Positions 28,204 to 37,376 of a stretch of 64,000 nt of DNA are shown here, in pieces (positions within the stretch are counted from its first letter, which is position 1; every line of letters begins with the position of its first letter). The position numbers and the translations under genes were made by a program. The DNA is from an uncultured Actinomycetes bacterium (lineage in GTDB: Bacteria; Actinomycetota; Thermoleophilia; Solirubrobacterales; Solirubrobacteraceae), in contig CAWCIB010000002.1 in assembly GCA_963795505.1 (NCBI GenBank), positions 7,480 to 71,479 of the forward strand, in the 5' to 3' direction. The notes below the pieces were generated by a model. It was given only the letters and a program-made list of their open reading frames with translations. It ran no database searches and was not told where the DNA came from.

Positions 28204-29789
28204 GCCAGCGGGCCGTTCGGGAGGAGGTCTCGGCACCCTCCGAGGTGCGGGTCTCGCGGGCCCTGCTGTCGGTTTCCGACAAGACCGGGATCGTCGAATT
28301 CGCGCGTGGGTTGGCGGAGCTCGGGATCGAGATCGTCTCGACCGGTGGCACCGCCGGCGCGCTCGAGGACTCGGGCGTCCAGGCGCGTTCGGTCTCGGAC
28401 CTGACCGGCTTCCCCGAGATCATGGACGGGCGCGTCAAGACGCTTCACCCCAAGCTGTACGCGGGCATGCTCGCGCTGCGCAATGACCCCGCGCACATGG
28501 AAGCCGCCGGGGAGCACGACATCGAGTTCGTCGATCTCGTGTGCGTGAACCTGTACCCGTTCGAGCGGACCGCCTCGCGGCGCGGGGTCCCCGACTCCGA
28601 GGTGATCGAGAACATCGACATCGGCGGCCCGACGATGATCCGCGCCGCGGCAAAGAACCGCCAGTTCGTGGCCCCGGTCGTGAGCCCCGAGAGCTATGAC
28701 GCGGTACTCCAGGAGCTGCGCGAGTCCGAATGCCGCCTCTCACCCCAGACGCGTGAGAACCTCGCGGCCGAGGCGTTTGCCTACACGGCTCGTTACGACA
28801 CGGCGATCGCGCGCTGGTTCCAGGAGAGGGACGAGGGCTTCCCGCCGCTCTTGGTGCGCGCGTTCGAGAAGGTCCTAGACCTCTCCTACGGCGAGAACCC
28901 CCACCAGCGCGCCGCGTACTACGTCCAGGTCGGTGAGCGCACGCACGTGCTCTCGATGGTCTCGCAGCTCGGCGGCAAGCAGCTGTCGTTCAACAACCTG
29001 CTGGACCTCGATGCTGCGCGCCAGCTGCTGGGCGAGTTTCAGGTCCCGGCGTGCGTGATCGTCAAGCACAACAACCCGTGCGGCGCCGCGGTCGCGGCCG
29101 ACGTGGTCGAGGCCTATGAGCGCGCGTTCGCATCCGACCCGATGTCGGCCTTCGGCGGCATCGTGTGCCTGAACCGCCCCGTCAACAAGTCGCTGGCGGA
29201 GGCACTTGTGGGGCAGTTCATTGAGGTCTTGTACGCCCCGGGTTACGACGACGAAGCGCTTGAAGTGCTCGCGGCGAAGCCCAACATGCGGGTTCTCCAC
29301 GACCACGAGCGCCGCACCGCGCCCACGATCGAGCCCGGCCTGCGCCAGGTGGCCGGCGGGATGCTCGTCCAGGATCGCGATTGGGGTCTTGAGGAGCGCA
29401 CCGAGATGCGCGTCGTCACCAAGCTACAGCCGGATGAGTCGCAGTGGAGCGAGGCCATGTTCGCGTGGAAGGTCTGCAAGCACGTGCGCTCAAACGCGAT
29501 CGTGCTAAGCACAGAGCTCGCGACGGCCGGAATTGGCGCTGGACAGATGAGCCGCGTTGACTCGGTCCGGATCGCGCTCGAGAAGGCAGGGCAACGCGAC
29601 CTGACCGGCGCCGCGATGGCCTCGGACGCGTTCTTCCCCTTCCCCGACAGCGTCGAGCTTGCGACGGAGGCGGGCGTGAGGGTGATCGTCCAGCCCGGGG
29701 GATCGGTGCGCGACGAGCAGGTGATCGAGGCGGCCGACAAGGCGGGCGCGGCGATGATCTTCACTAGCCGGCGGCATTTCAAGCATTGA
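28200..29789 (+). CDS. purH: Bifunctional AICAR transformylase / IMP cyclohydrolase
   Basis: RALLSVSDKTG, GRVKTLHP, IDIGGP, YGENPHQ, KHNNPCG, ASDAFFPF, QPGGS. Confidence 0.97.
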   Translation: MSQRAVREEVSAPSEVRVSRALLSVSDKTGIVEFARGLAELGIEIVSTGGTAGALEDSGVQARSVSDLTGFPEIMDGRVKTLHPKLYAGMLALRNDPAHMEAAGEHDIEFVDLVCVNLYPFERTASRRGVPDSEVIENIDIGGPTMIRAAAKNRQFVAPVVSPESYDAVLQELRESECRLSPQTRENLAAEAFAYTARYDTAIARWFQERDEGFPPLLVRAFEKVLDLSYGENPHQRAAYYVQVGERTHVLSMVSQLGGKQLSFNNLLDLDAARQLLGEFQVPACVIVKHNNPCGAAVAADVVEAYERAFASDPMSAFGGIVCLNRPVNKSLAEALVGQFIEVLYAPGYDDEALEVLAAKPNMRVLHDHERRTAPTIEPGLRQVAGGMLVQDRDWGLEERTEMRVVTKLQPDESQWSEAMFAWKVCKHVRSNAIVLSTELATAGIGAGQMSRVDSVRIALEKAGQRDLTGAAMASDAFFPFPDSVELATEAGVRVIVQPGGSVRDEQVIEAADKAGAAMIFTSRRHFKH

Positions 29790-30193
29790 CGGGGCCGGTG
29801 ACCCGCCTCGGCGGCGACCCGCCTTCCCCGTACGAGGGTCGCTATGGGTTCAGCCGCGTCTTGCGCGCCGGCGACTTTGTGCTGGTCGGCGGCACGACGT
29901 CGGCCGACGAGAACGGAGTCGTGCTCGGCGAGACCCCCTACGAGCAGACCCGGATCGTCCTCGAGAAGATCGCCCACGAGCTCTCGCGCGTGGGCGCGAA
30001 CCTCAGCGACGTGATCCAGACGCGTGTCTATATGACAGACATCTCGCGGGCCAATGAGGTCGGACGGGCTCACGGCGAGTCGCTCGGCGAGGTAAGGCCG
30101 CTGATGACCGGGGTCGAGGTCAGCGCGCTGATCGACCCGCGGATGCTGATCGAGATCGAAGCGGTGGCCTACGTCGGGCGCAGCCCGAGGTAG
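29786..30193 (+). CDS. RidA/YjgF family protein
   Basis: YGFSRVLRAG..V.VGGTTS...VEVSALIDPRMLIEIEA; coupled to the purH stop. Confidence 0.9.
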   Translation: MTGPVTRLGGDPPSPYEGRYGFSRVLRAGDFVLVGGTTSADENGVVLGETPYEQTRIVLEKIAHELSRVGANLSDVIQTRVYMTDISRANEVGRAHGESLGEVRPLMTGVEVSALIDPRMLIEIEAVAYVGRSPR

Positions 30194-30999
30194 CGTCCGA
30201 GCAGCGCGAAGCCGGCGAGACATGCGAGGCCGTCGGCGATGCCGCGGAGCGCGCCGTCGTAGGGGTCCTGCTGGGCGATACCGACGGCTGCGATAGCGAG
30301 CGCGATCGCCAATGCCACAACGAGGGCAAAGCGCCACGGCCGGGCACGCAGACTCGCCGGGACGAGCCCCCCGAGGTCATCGAACAGGTCGCCTGCTCCT
30401 CCGTCTCCCAGCGGCTTGAGCCGCAGCGCGGTGGCGACGGCGGGAGTCGCGGCGACTAACCCTACCGCCCCTACACCGGCGGCGATGAAGGCAAACGTGT
30501 TGCTGGACGAGTACTCCGCTGCCACCAACGCCAGCCCCGTCATGGCTGCCACCCCGGCGACGAGCCCGACCGCCGCCCGGCGGCCGAGGATGAGCGCTTC
30601 GGCTCGCGTGACGGTCAGCATTCCGCGCAGTCGCATCGCGCGTACCGCCGCGAGGCCGCCTGACACGAGCGCGACCTGTGCGCCGAGCACCATCAGCCCG
30701 AGGCCCAACTGGGCGAGCACCGGCGGATGCCGGTGCGTGGCGGAGTAGCCCTGAACGTTGGCCAGGAAGGCCGCTCCAAAAAGCAGCCCCGCGATCGCCA
30801 GCGCGCCGAAGGACGCAAACCCCGCCCGGCGGGCGCGTACAGTCCCGAGCTCGTCGGCGAACTGGCGCGCGAGGCTGGCCGGATCGCCGAGCTCGGCGGC
30901 CGGATTACACGCGAGGTGATCTTCGAACTCGGCGAGGATCCGCCGGCGCCGCGAGGCGGGGATGCCTGCGCGGGTGAGCTCACGCTCGAGCTCCCTCAT
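30169..30999 (-). CDS. Membrane protein with HAAS-like N-terminal segment
   Basis: RRRILAEFEDHL...ELGDPASLARQFADEL followed by several TM segments; ATGA overlap with padR. Confidence 0.75.
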   Translation of the reverse strand: MRELERELTRAGIPASRRRRILAEFEDHLACNPAAELGDPASLARQFADELGTVRARRAGFASFGALAIAGLLFGAAFLANVQGYSATHRHPPVLAQLGLGLMVLGAQVALVSGGLAAVRAMRLRGMLTVTRAEALILGRRAAVGLVAGVAAMTGLALVAAEYSSSNTFAFIAAGVGAVGLVAATPAVATALRLKPLGDGGAGDLFDDLGGLVPASLRARPWRFALVVALAIALAIAAVGIAQQDPYDGALRGIADGLACLAGFALLGRYLGLRPT

Positions 31000-31307
31000 G
31001 CCAGCACCGCCTCGATGGCAGCGGCAAACGATTTCCACTCGCCGCGCCGCGTGCCCAGCTCGCGCCGCCCCGTTCGCGTCAAGCGATACACGCGCCGTCG
31101 GCGTCCGGCGTCTGACCAGGCGCTTGACAGAAACCCGGCGGCCTCGAGCCGGTGCAGCGCCGGATACACGGTGCCTTCCGGCAGCGCGACCGAGCCGCCC
31201 GACCGGCTTTTGAGCTGCTCGATGATCGCGTAGCCGTGCAGGGGCCCCGGCTCGAGCACGGCGAGGATCAGCGGATCGAGGTGTCCCTTGAGCGTTTCGG
31301 CTCGCAT
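30996..31307 (-). CDS. PadR family transcriptional regulator
   Basis: LKGHLDPLIL, HGYAII, EGTVYPALHRLE, RRRVYRLT..G. Confidence 0.95.
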   Translation of the reverse strand: MRAETLKGHLDPLILAVLEPGPLHGYAIIEQLKSRSGGSVALPEGTVYPALHRLEAAGFLSSAWSDAGRRRRVYRLTRTGRRELGTRRGEWKSFAAAIEAVLA

Positions 31308-31316
31308 TGCCTAGCA

Positions 31317-31345
31317 AGCCTATACCTCGCATTACTAGGTGTCAA
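31317..31345 (-). promoter_or_regulatory. Sigma70-type promoter of padR (leaderless or nearly so) with candidate operator
   Basis: TTGACA-17 nt-TAGGCT ending 9 nt before ATG; overlapped by CCTAG...CTAGG inverted pair (31310-31314, 31335-31339). Confidence 0.7.
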
Positions 31346-31387
31346 GCGGTCGAGGCCGGAAGGTGCGCCGCCTGTAAGCTGAAGCTG

Positions 31388-33232
31388 GTGAACGGAGAGG
31401 ACTTCCGCCGCGAGCTGGGTCAGCAACTACGGGTCGACTCGGTGCGCGCGAGCGCGGCCGCGGGCTCGGGCCATCCGACCTCGTCGATGTCCGCGGCCGA
31501 CCTGATGGCCGTGCTGCTCGACGGCTACCTGAAGCTCGATTACGCGCGTCCCGAGGACCCACACCGCGACCACGTGATCTTCTCCAAGGGCCACGCGTCG
31601 CCGCTGTATTACGCGATGCTGAAGGCCGCCGGGGGGATCGACGACGACGAGCTGCTGACCTTCCGCAAGCTCGACAGCCGGCTCGAGGGTCATCCGACGC
31701 CGCGGATTCCGCCTACCGACGTCGCGACGGGGTCGCTCGGACAGGGGCTACCGATCGGGGTCGGACTTGCGCTGGCGGGCAAGCGGCTCGACCGGCTGCC
31801 CTACCGGGTCTGGGTGCTGTGCGGCGATTCGGAGATGGCCGAAGGCTCGATCTGGGAGGCGTTCCAGCACGCCGGCTGGGAGCGGCTCGACAACCTGACT
31901 GCGATCGTCGACGTCAACCGGCTCGGCCAGACGCGCGAGACGATGCTCGGCTGGGACCTGCCCGGCTATGCCGCGCGCGCCGAGGCGTTCGGCTGGCACA
32001 CGATCGAGATCGACGGCCACGACCTGGACGCGATCGACGCCGCTTACCGGACAGCGGTCGAGACGAGCGGTAAGCCGACGGTGATCTTGGCGCGGACAAT
32101 GAAAGGCAAGGGCGTCAAGGCGGTCGAGGACCAGAACGGCTTCCACGGCAAGCCGCTGGCCGATCCGGAGGAGGCGATCGCCGAGCTGGGCGGTGAGCGC
32201 GACCTGCGCGTCGACGTGGCCGCGCCGGAGGAGACGACCGCTCCGCACCAGTTCGCGACCTCCGACGGTGAGCTGCCGCACTGGGGGCTCGGCGAGGAGG
32301 TCGCCACGCGCGAGGCTTACGGCGAGGCGCTGGCGGCGTTGGGAGGCATGCGCGGCGACGTCGTCGCGCTCGATGGGGAGGTATCGAACTCCACCCACTC
32401 GGAGCTGTTCGCCAAAGCCCACCCGGACCGCTACTTCGAGATGTTCATCGCCGAGCAGCAGATGGTCGCGGCCGCGATCGGGATGCAGGTGCGGGGCTGG
32501 GTCCCGTTCGCTTCGACGTTCGCCGCGTTCCTCTCCCGCGCGTATGACTTCATCCGAATGGCCGCGATCTCGCGCGCCAACCTGCGACTGGCGGGCTCCC
32601 ATGCCGGCGTGTCGATCGGCGAGGACGGGCCCTCGCAGATGGCGCTCGAGGACATGGCCGCGCTGCGTGCCGTACACGGCAGCGCCGTTCTCCACCCATC
32701 CGACGCGAATCAGGTTTCACCGCTGGTCGCGCAGATGGCCGACCGGCCGGGGATCTCCTACCTGCGCACGCTGCGCGGCAAGACGGTGGTGCGCACGGAC
32801 CCGAGCGAGGAGATCAGGATCGGCGGGAGCCGGATCGTGCGCTCGAGCGAGCAGGACGAAATCACGATCGTCGCCTGCGGCATCACGGTCGGCGAGGCGG
32901 AGAGCGCCGCCGAGCAGCTCGAACAGGATGGCGTCCGGGCACGCGTGCTCGACTGCTACTCAGTCAAGCCAATCGACGTCCAGGCGCTGGCTGCCACGGC
33001 GGAGGAGACGCGAGCGATCGTTACGGTCGAGGACCACTGGCCCGAAGGCGGGCTCGGCGAGGCCGTCGCGGGCGCGCTCGCCGATCACCCCGACCGTCCT
33101 CCGATCGTCCGACTCGCGGTCCGCGGCATGCCGGTGTCCGGGAAGCCTGACGAGCTGCTCCGCGCAGCGGGAATCGACGCGCGAGCGATCGTCGAGGCGG
33201 CGCGGACGCTGGTCGGCGCCGCCGCCCGCTGA
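31388..33232 (+). CDS. tkt: Transketolase (short, single-chain type)
   Basis: SGHPTSSMS, SKGHASP, ATGSLGQG, GDSEMAEGS, IAEQQMV, GEDGPSQM, VEDH. Confidence 0.95.
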   Translation: MNGEDFRRELGQQLRVDSVRASAAAGSGHPTSSMSAADLMAVLLDGYLKLDYARPEDPHRDHVIFSKGHASPLYYAMLKAAGGIDDDELLTFRKLDSRLEGHPTPRIPPTDVATGSLGQGLPIGVGLALAGKRLDRLPYRVWVLCGDSEMAEGSIWEAFQHAGWERLDNLTAIVDVNRLGQTRETMLGWDLPGYAARAEAFGWHTIEIDGHDLDAIDAAYRTAVETSGKPTVILARTMKGKGVKAVEDQNGFHGKPLADPEEAIAELGGERDLRVDVAAPEETTAPHQFATSDGELPHWGLGEEVATREAYGEALAALGGMRGDVVALDGEVSNSTHSELFAKAHPDRYFEMFIAEQQMVAAAIGMQVRGWVPFASTFAAFLSRAYDFIRMAAISRANLRLAGSHAGVSIGEDGPSQMALEDMAALRAVHGSAVLHPSDANQVSPLVAQMADRPGISYLRTLRGKTVVRTDPSEEIRIGGSRIVRSSEQDEITIVACGITVGEAESAAEQLEQDGVRARVLDCYSVKPIDVQALAATAEETRAIVTVEDHWPEGGLGEAVAGALADHPDRPPIVRLAVRGMPVSGKPDELLRAAGIDARAIVEAARTLVGAAAR

Positions 33233-33347
33233 AGCGGGCGAGAGGACCGCGTCGGCGAGCGCTGGAGTCGCCCGCGGTGTGAACGCTGACGTTCCCCTTG
33301 ACGTCGGATCCACGCGGGTATATATAGAGGGCTCCGGAGGAGAGAAA

Positions 33348-34013
33348 TTGAACGGCAGCGCCAAGCGCTTGGTCGGCGTCGTTGTCTGCACCGTAGTCGC
33401 AGCTGCGGCGATCGGCCTTTACATAGGGCTGTATCTGACAAACGTTCCCGGGTCGGTCGCCGCGACCACCGATGCTTCGGGCGCGCATCTGTACCTCGCC
33501 ACGGTCCCGGCCGCGGAAGCGTCAGATCCCCACAACACGTGGGTGTCGTTCTACGCAGTCGACGCGAATGCGGGCAACTGGCGCCACGACTCGACATACG
33601 TCGTCCCCGCGAACACGGTCCTGACCGTGACGATCTATCAGTACGACTCAGCGTCGGGGCTGCGTAACGAGTTCCTGAGCCAGGCCACCGGGACGCAGGG
33701 CGGGACGTTCGCGCTCGACGGCAAGGCGGTGCCCGACATCGATCCGACGCAGGCCGCGCACGGGTTCGCGGTCCCGCAGTGGGGTCTCTCGGTCCCGCTC
33801 TACGGCGTCTCGACAAGCGCCAAGAATCCTTGTAGTCAGGCGCCCTGCTCGCTGAGCAACGACCATCACACGATCACGTTCACGATCAGGACCCCGGGCA
33901 AGGGCTTGTATCGCTGGCAGTGCATCGTGCCGTGCGCCGCGGGCTTCATCCAGGGCTATGGAGGGCCGATGCAGACGGTCGGCTATATGGGCGGCTTCTT
34001 CAAGGTCGTATGA
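33348..34013 (+). CDS. Membrane-anchored cupredoxin-like protein with H...C-x3-C...M-x5-M motif
   Basis: TTG start after GGAG; N-terminal TM; AAHGFAVP and TFTIRTPGKGLYRWQCIVPCAAG...GPMQTVGYMGGFFKVV C-terminus; stop overlaps the subunit II start. Confidence 0.7.
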   Translation: MNGSAKRLVGVVVCTVVAAAAIGLYIGLYLTNVPGSVAATTDASGAHLYLATVPAAEASDPHNTWVSFYAVDANAGNWRHDSTYVVPANTVLTVTIYQYDSASGLRNEFLSQATGTQGGTFALDGKAVPDIDPTQAAHGFAVPQWGLSVPLYGVSTSAKNPCSQAPCSLSNDHHTITFTIRTPGKGLYRWQCIVPCAAGFIQGYGGPMQTVGYMGGFFKVV

Positions 34014-34855
34014 CAGACCAGCGGCCCCACTGGCGAAATGTCGTGTTGCTGTGGCTGCTGGCCAACGTGATCATGCTGCCGATCGTCGTGTTCGTGCTCG
34101 GCCCCGGGCTACCGCCGGGCAACGGGACGGTCGAGTCTCACGGGCAGGTTGTCGACAACACCGTGCTGCTGACAATGGCGACGCCGTTCGCGCTGGCGGT
34201 GCTCGTCTACTTTGCGTACGCGATCTGGGCGTTCCGTGAGCGTGAGCCAGATGTTTACGTGGACGGACCGGCGGTCCGCGGCCACTCCGGTGTGCAGTTC
34301 TGGTGGCTGATGATCACGACGACGACGGTGCTCATTCTCGCCGCCTACGGTTCTGTCAGGCTGCTGGCCGATGGCTCCGGGGGCGGCCAGGGCCCGAATC
34401 CGATCGGCGTGCCGGCGGCGGCCAAGACCCATGCCCCGCTCCAGGTCCAGGTGATCGGCCAGCAGTGGTTCTTCACCTATCGCTTCCCGGGCTACGGCGG
34501 TGTAGAAACGCGCGACCTCGAGCTCCCGACCGGCACCACGGTCGAGTTCCACGTCACGTCGCTTGACGTCATCCACTCCTTCTGGGCCTACCAGCTCGGC
34601 GTCAAGGCCGACGCCAACCCAGGCATCGACAACATCGCTTACGTGACGACGCGCGGCCCGCTGACGTTCAACGTGCGCTGCGCCGAGCTGTGCGGCGTCT
34701 GGCACGGCTACATGTTCAACTCGGGCGTCGTGGTGCCCAAGGCGCAGTTCGCCACCTGGATCGCACAACAGCAGCAGCAGAACGCCCCAGCGACCAAGAA
34801 CCTGCTGCCGTACTCGAAGCAGTACTTCCCGACCCCGTTGAGGAGGGCTGGATGA
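34010..34855 (+). CDS. coxB: Cytochrome c oxidase subunit II
   Basis: Two TM helices; DVIHSFW and CuA motif CAELCGVWHGYM. Confidence 0.95.
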   Translation: MTDQRPHWRNVVLLWLLANVIMLPIVVFVLGPGLPPGNGTVESHGQVVDNTVLLTMATPFALAVLVYFAYAIWAFREREPDVYVDGPAVRGHSGVQFWWLMITTTTVLILAAYGSVRLLADGSGGGQGPNPIGVPAAAKTHAPLQVQVIGQQWFFTYRFPGYGGVETRDLELPTGTTVEFHVTSLDVIHSFWAYQLGVKADANPGIDNIAYVTTRGPLTFNVRCAELCGVWHGYMFNSGVVVPKAQFATWIAQQQQQNAPATKNLLPYSKQYFPTPLRRAG

Positions 34856-36741
34856 GCACGATCGCCGCCTCTGTGCCGGCCCCGCGCGCGGGCTTCAGAC
34901 AGTTCTTCGGCTTCAACATGCTGACCGGGATCTTGCTCGGGATTGGCGGCTGGTTCCTGGGCTACTTCATCGGCACCCACCTCCACGGGGTCGGGCTGAA
35001 GTACTACACGGCCACGGCCGGCGAGAACGACATCGGGATCATGCTCGGCTACTTCCTCGGCGTGGTCGGCTTCCTCGTTGGCCTCGGGTTCGCGAACTAC
35101 CCGCTCAAGCGGATGCTGGGCCACCCTGCGAGCCTCGCCGAGCGCGAGGCGAAGGAGTTCGGCCTGCTGCGGTACTTCAGCTTGTCGACCGACCACAAGG
35201 TCGTCGCGAAGCAGTACATGGTCGGAATCGGGGTGTTCTTCTTCGTCGGTGGGCTGAACGCGATGCTGATCCGCTCAGAGCTCCTGCAGCCCAACGTGCA
35301 CGTGTTCGGCGCCAACCAGTACCTGACGCTGGTTGGGCTGCACGGCTCGATGATGATGGGGATCATGACCTCGGGGATCCTCGGCCCATTCGCGAACTGG
35401 CTCGTTCCCGTGATGATCGGCGCCCGGCGGATGGCGTTCCCGCGGATCGAGGCGCTCACGTTCTGGATCCTGATGGCCGGCGCGGTGATCCTGATCACGA
35501 CGATCTTCTTCGGGGGCTTCCAGACCGGCTGGACGGGCTATCAGCCGCTCGGCGACCAGGGCACCGCCGGCTACGACGCATACATCGGGTTCTTCTCGTG
35601 CGTCGGCATCTCGATGACGCTTTTCGGCTTCAATCTGGTGGCGACGATCATCACGATGCGGGCGCCCGGGATGACCTGGTCGCGACTGCCAATCTTCGTC
35701 TGGGCTACGTTCGCGACCGCCATCCTGATGATGCTGGCGGCGCCGATGCTCGTTTCCGCGCTGCTTATGGGGGCGATGGACCGCACCGCGCAGACCGCGT
35801 TCTACATCGCCGGTCAGGGCGGAAGCTCATATCTGTTCCAGAACTTATTCTGGGTATTCGGACATCCCGAGGTGTACATCCTGGCGTTGCCCGGCTTCGG
35901 GATCGTGCTGGAGCTGTTGCCCGTGTTCGCGCGCAAGCCGCTGTGGGGCTACCGGCTTGCGGTGGCCGGGTTGCTGGGCGTCAGCCTGCTGAGCTTCTTC
36001 GTCTGGCAGCACCATCTGTTCGTATCGGGCATCAACGCCGACCTGCGGCCGTTCTACATGCTCTCGACCGAGCTGATCTCGCTGCCGACGGGATTCATCT
36101 TCCTGTGCGCGATGGGAACACTGTGGCGCGGGCGAATACGTCTGACGGTGCCGATGCTGTTCTGCTTAGCGTGGGCGTTCAACTTCCTGTGGGGTGGGAT
36201 CTCGGGTGTCTTCAACTCCGACACCCCGAGCGACGTCACCACGCACGGGAGCTTCTTTGTGATGGCGCACTTCCACTACACGATCATGGGCGGGCTCGTG
36301 TTCGCGTTCTTCGCCGGGATCTACTACTGGGTACCCAAGATGTACGCCGTCAAGTTCAACGAGCGGCTGGCCAAACTGCACTTCTGGGTGATGTTCATCG
36401 CCTTTAACTGCACGTTCGCGCCGCTGTTCGCGCTCGGTTTCCTGGGCATGCCACGACGCGTTGTCACCTACCCGGTCAGCTTCCAAGCCCTCAACGACTG
36501 GGTGTCGGTGTCGGCGTACGTGCTCGGGAGCTCGATGCTGATCTTCCTGGTCAACGTGGTCTGGTCGGTAGTGCTCAAGCGCGAGCCGGCGGAGGAGAAC
36601 CCATGGCACGCCAAGTCGACCGAATGGCAGCTCCCGACACCGGTCCCGCTGCACGACTTTGACCGTATCCCACGATTCGAGCCAGACCCCTACCCATACG
36701 GGGTCGAGCCCGCGCCGGCGCTTGCGGGCGGGAGCGAGTAA
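34852..36741 (+). CDS. coxA: Heme-copper oxidase subunit I (A-family, two extra N-terminal TM helices)
   Basis: LHGSMM, GHPEVY, WQHHLF, AHFHY, GMPRR. Confidence 0.97.
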   Translation: MSTIAASVPAPRAGFRQFFGFNMLTGILLGIGGWFLGYFIGTHLHGVGLKYYTATAGENDIGIMLGYFLGVVGFLVGLGFANYPLKRMLGHPASLAEREAKEFGLLRYFSLSTDHKVVAKQYMVGIGVFFFVGGLNAMLIRSELLQPNVHVFGANQYLTLVGLHGSMMMGIMTSGILGPFANWLVPVMIGARRMAFPRIEALTFWILMAGAVILITTIFFGGFQTGWTGYQPLGDQGTAGYDAYIGFFSCVGISMTLFGFNLVATIITMRAPGMTWSRLPIFVWATFATAILMMLAAPMLVSALLMGAMDRTAQTAFYIAGQGGSSYLFQNLFWVFGHPEVYILALPGFGIVLELLPVFARKPLWGYRLAVAGLLGVSLLSFFVWQHHLFVSGINADLRPFYMLSTELISLPTGFIFLCAMGTLWRGRIRLTVPMLFCLAWAFNFLWGGISGVFNSDTPSDVTTHGSFFVMAHFHYTIMGGLVFAFFAGIYYWVPKMYAVKFNERLAKLHFWVMFIAFNCTFAPLFALGFLGMPRRVVTYPVSFQALNDWVSVSAYVLGSSMLIFLVNVVWSVVLKREPAEENPWHAKSTEWQLPTPVPLHDFDRIPRFEPDPYPYGVEPAPALAGGSE

Positions 36742-36744
36742 ACC

Positions 36745-37371
36745 ATGGAAGCATCAGCCTCAGCCCCCGCCTCCTCCGCAGTCGAGACCGAGCCACTCGA
36801 GTGGCAGCCGCGCGCGGTCTGGCTCTCCGGGCGGTTGCTGTGCGGCTCGATCTCGTTCTTCTTCGCCTCGTTCCTGTTCGCCTACTTCTATCTCCAGGCG
36901 CTCGATGAAAATCACAACTGGAAGATCGGTGCCGTGCACCCGTCGAAGGGTCTCGGCGTCGCGATCATGGCGCTGTTCCTGTTCGGGGCGATCGTCTACC
37001 GGATGTCTGTCAGCCGTCCCGAGGTCGACGCGGTGGCCGCCGGCGCGATCGCAGTCATCTTTGCGCTGATCGCGATCGGGCTCCAGTTCTACGAGTACAC
37101 GACGCTCGGCTTCGGCGCCGCTTCAGGCGGCTACGCGGCGGTCTTCTACGGCTGGACGTCGCTGTATGCGATCGTCGGCCTGATGGGCGCCTACTGGATC
37201 GAAATCCAGGTAGCCAGTCTGTGGCGCATGCGGCGTGAGGGCCCGCGGGACACCGACATCCCCGCCGGCGAGCAAGAGCTCATCCGGGCGGGCATCGAGT
37301 CGTCCTCGTTCTACTGGGCGTATTTCGTCGCGATCGGCGTGCTCGCCTACATCGTCCTCTACATCGTCTAA
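36745..37371 (+). CDS. Short cytochrome c oxidase subunit III-like protein
   Basis: FFASFLFAYFY, LQFYEY..LGF.....GYAAVFYGWT, FYWAY; position after subunit I. Confidence 0.8.
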   Translation: MEASASAPASSAVETEPLEWQPRAVWLSGRLLCGSISFFFASFLFAYFYLQALDENHNWKIGAVHPSKGLGVAIMALFLFGAIVYRMSVSRPEVDAVAAGAIAVIFALIAIGLQFYEYTTLGFGAASGGYAAVFYGWTSLYAIVGLMGAYWIEIQVASLWRMRREGPRDTDIPAGEQELIRAGIESSSFYWAYFVAIGVLAYIVLYIV

Positions 37372-37376
37372 GAGCG

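Noticed and set aside
16646-32695. Long antisense or alternate-frame ORFs (e.g. 16646..17779, 23815..25089, 26452..27402, 31748..32695, upstream part of 32193..34013)
   Set aside because: Shadow ORFs expected from GC3-biased coding sequence; they overlap well-supported genes and lack motifs.
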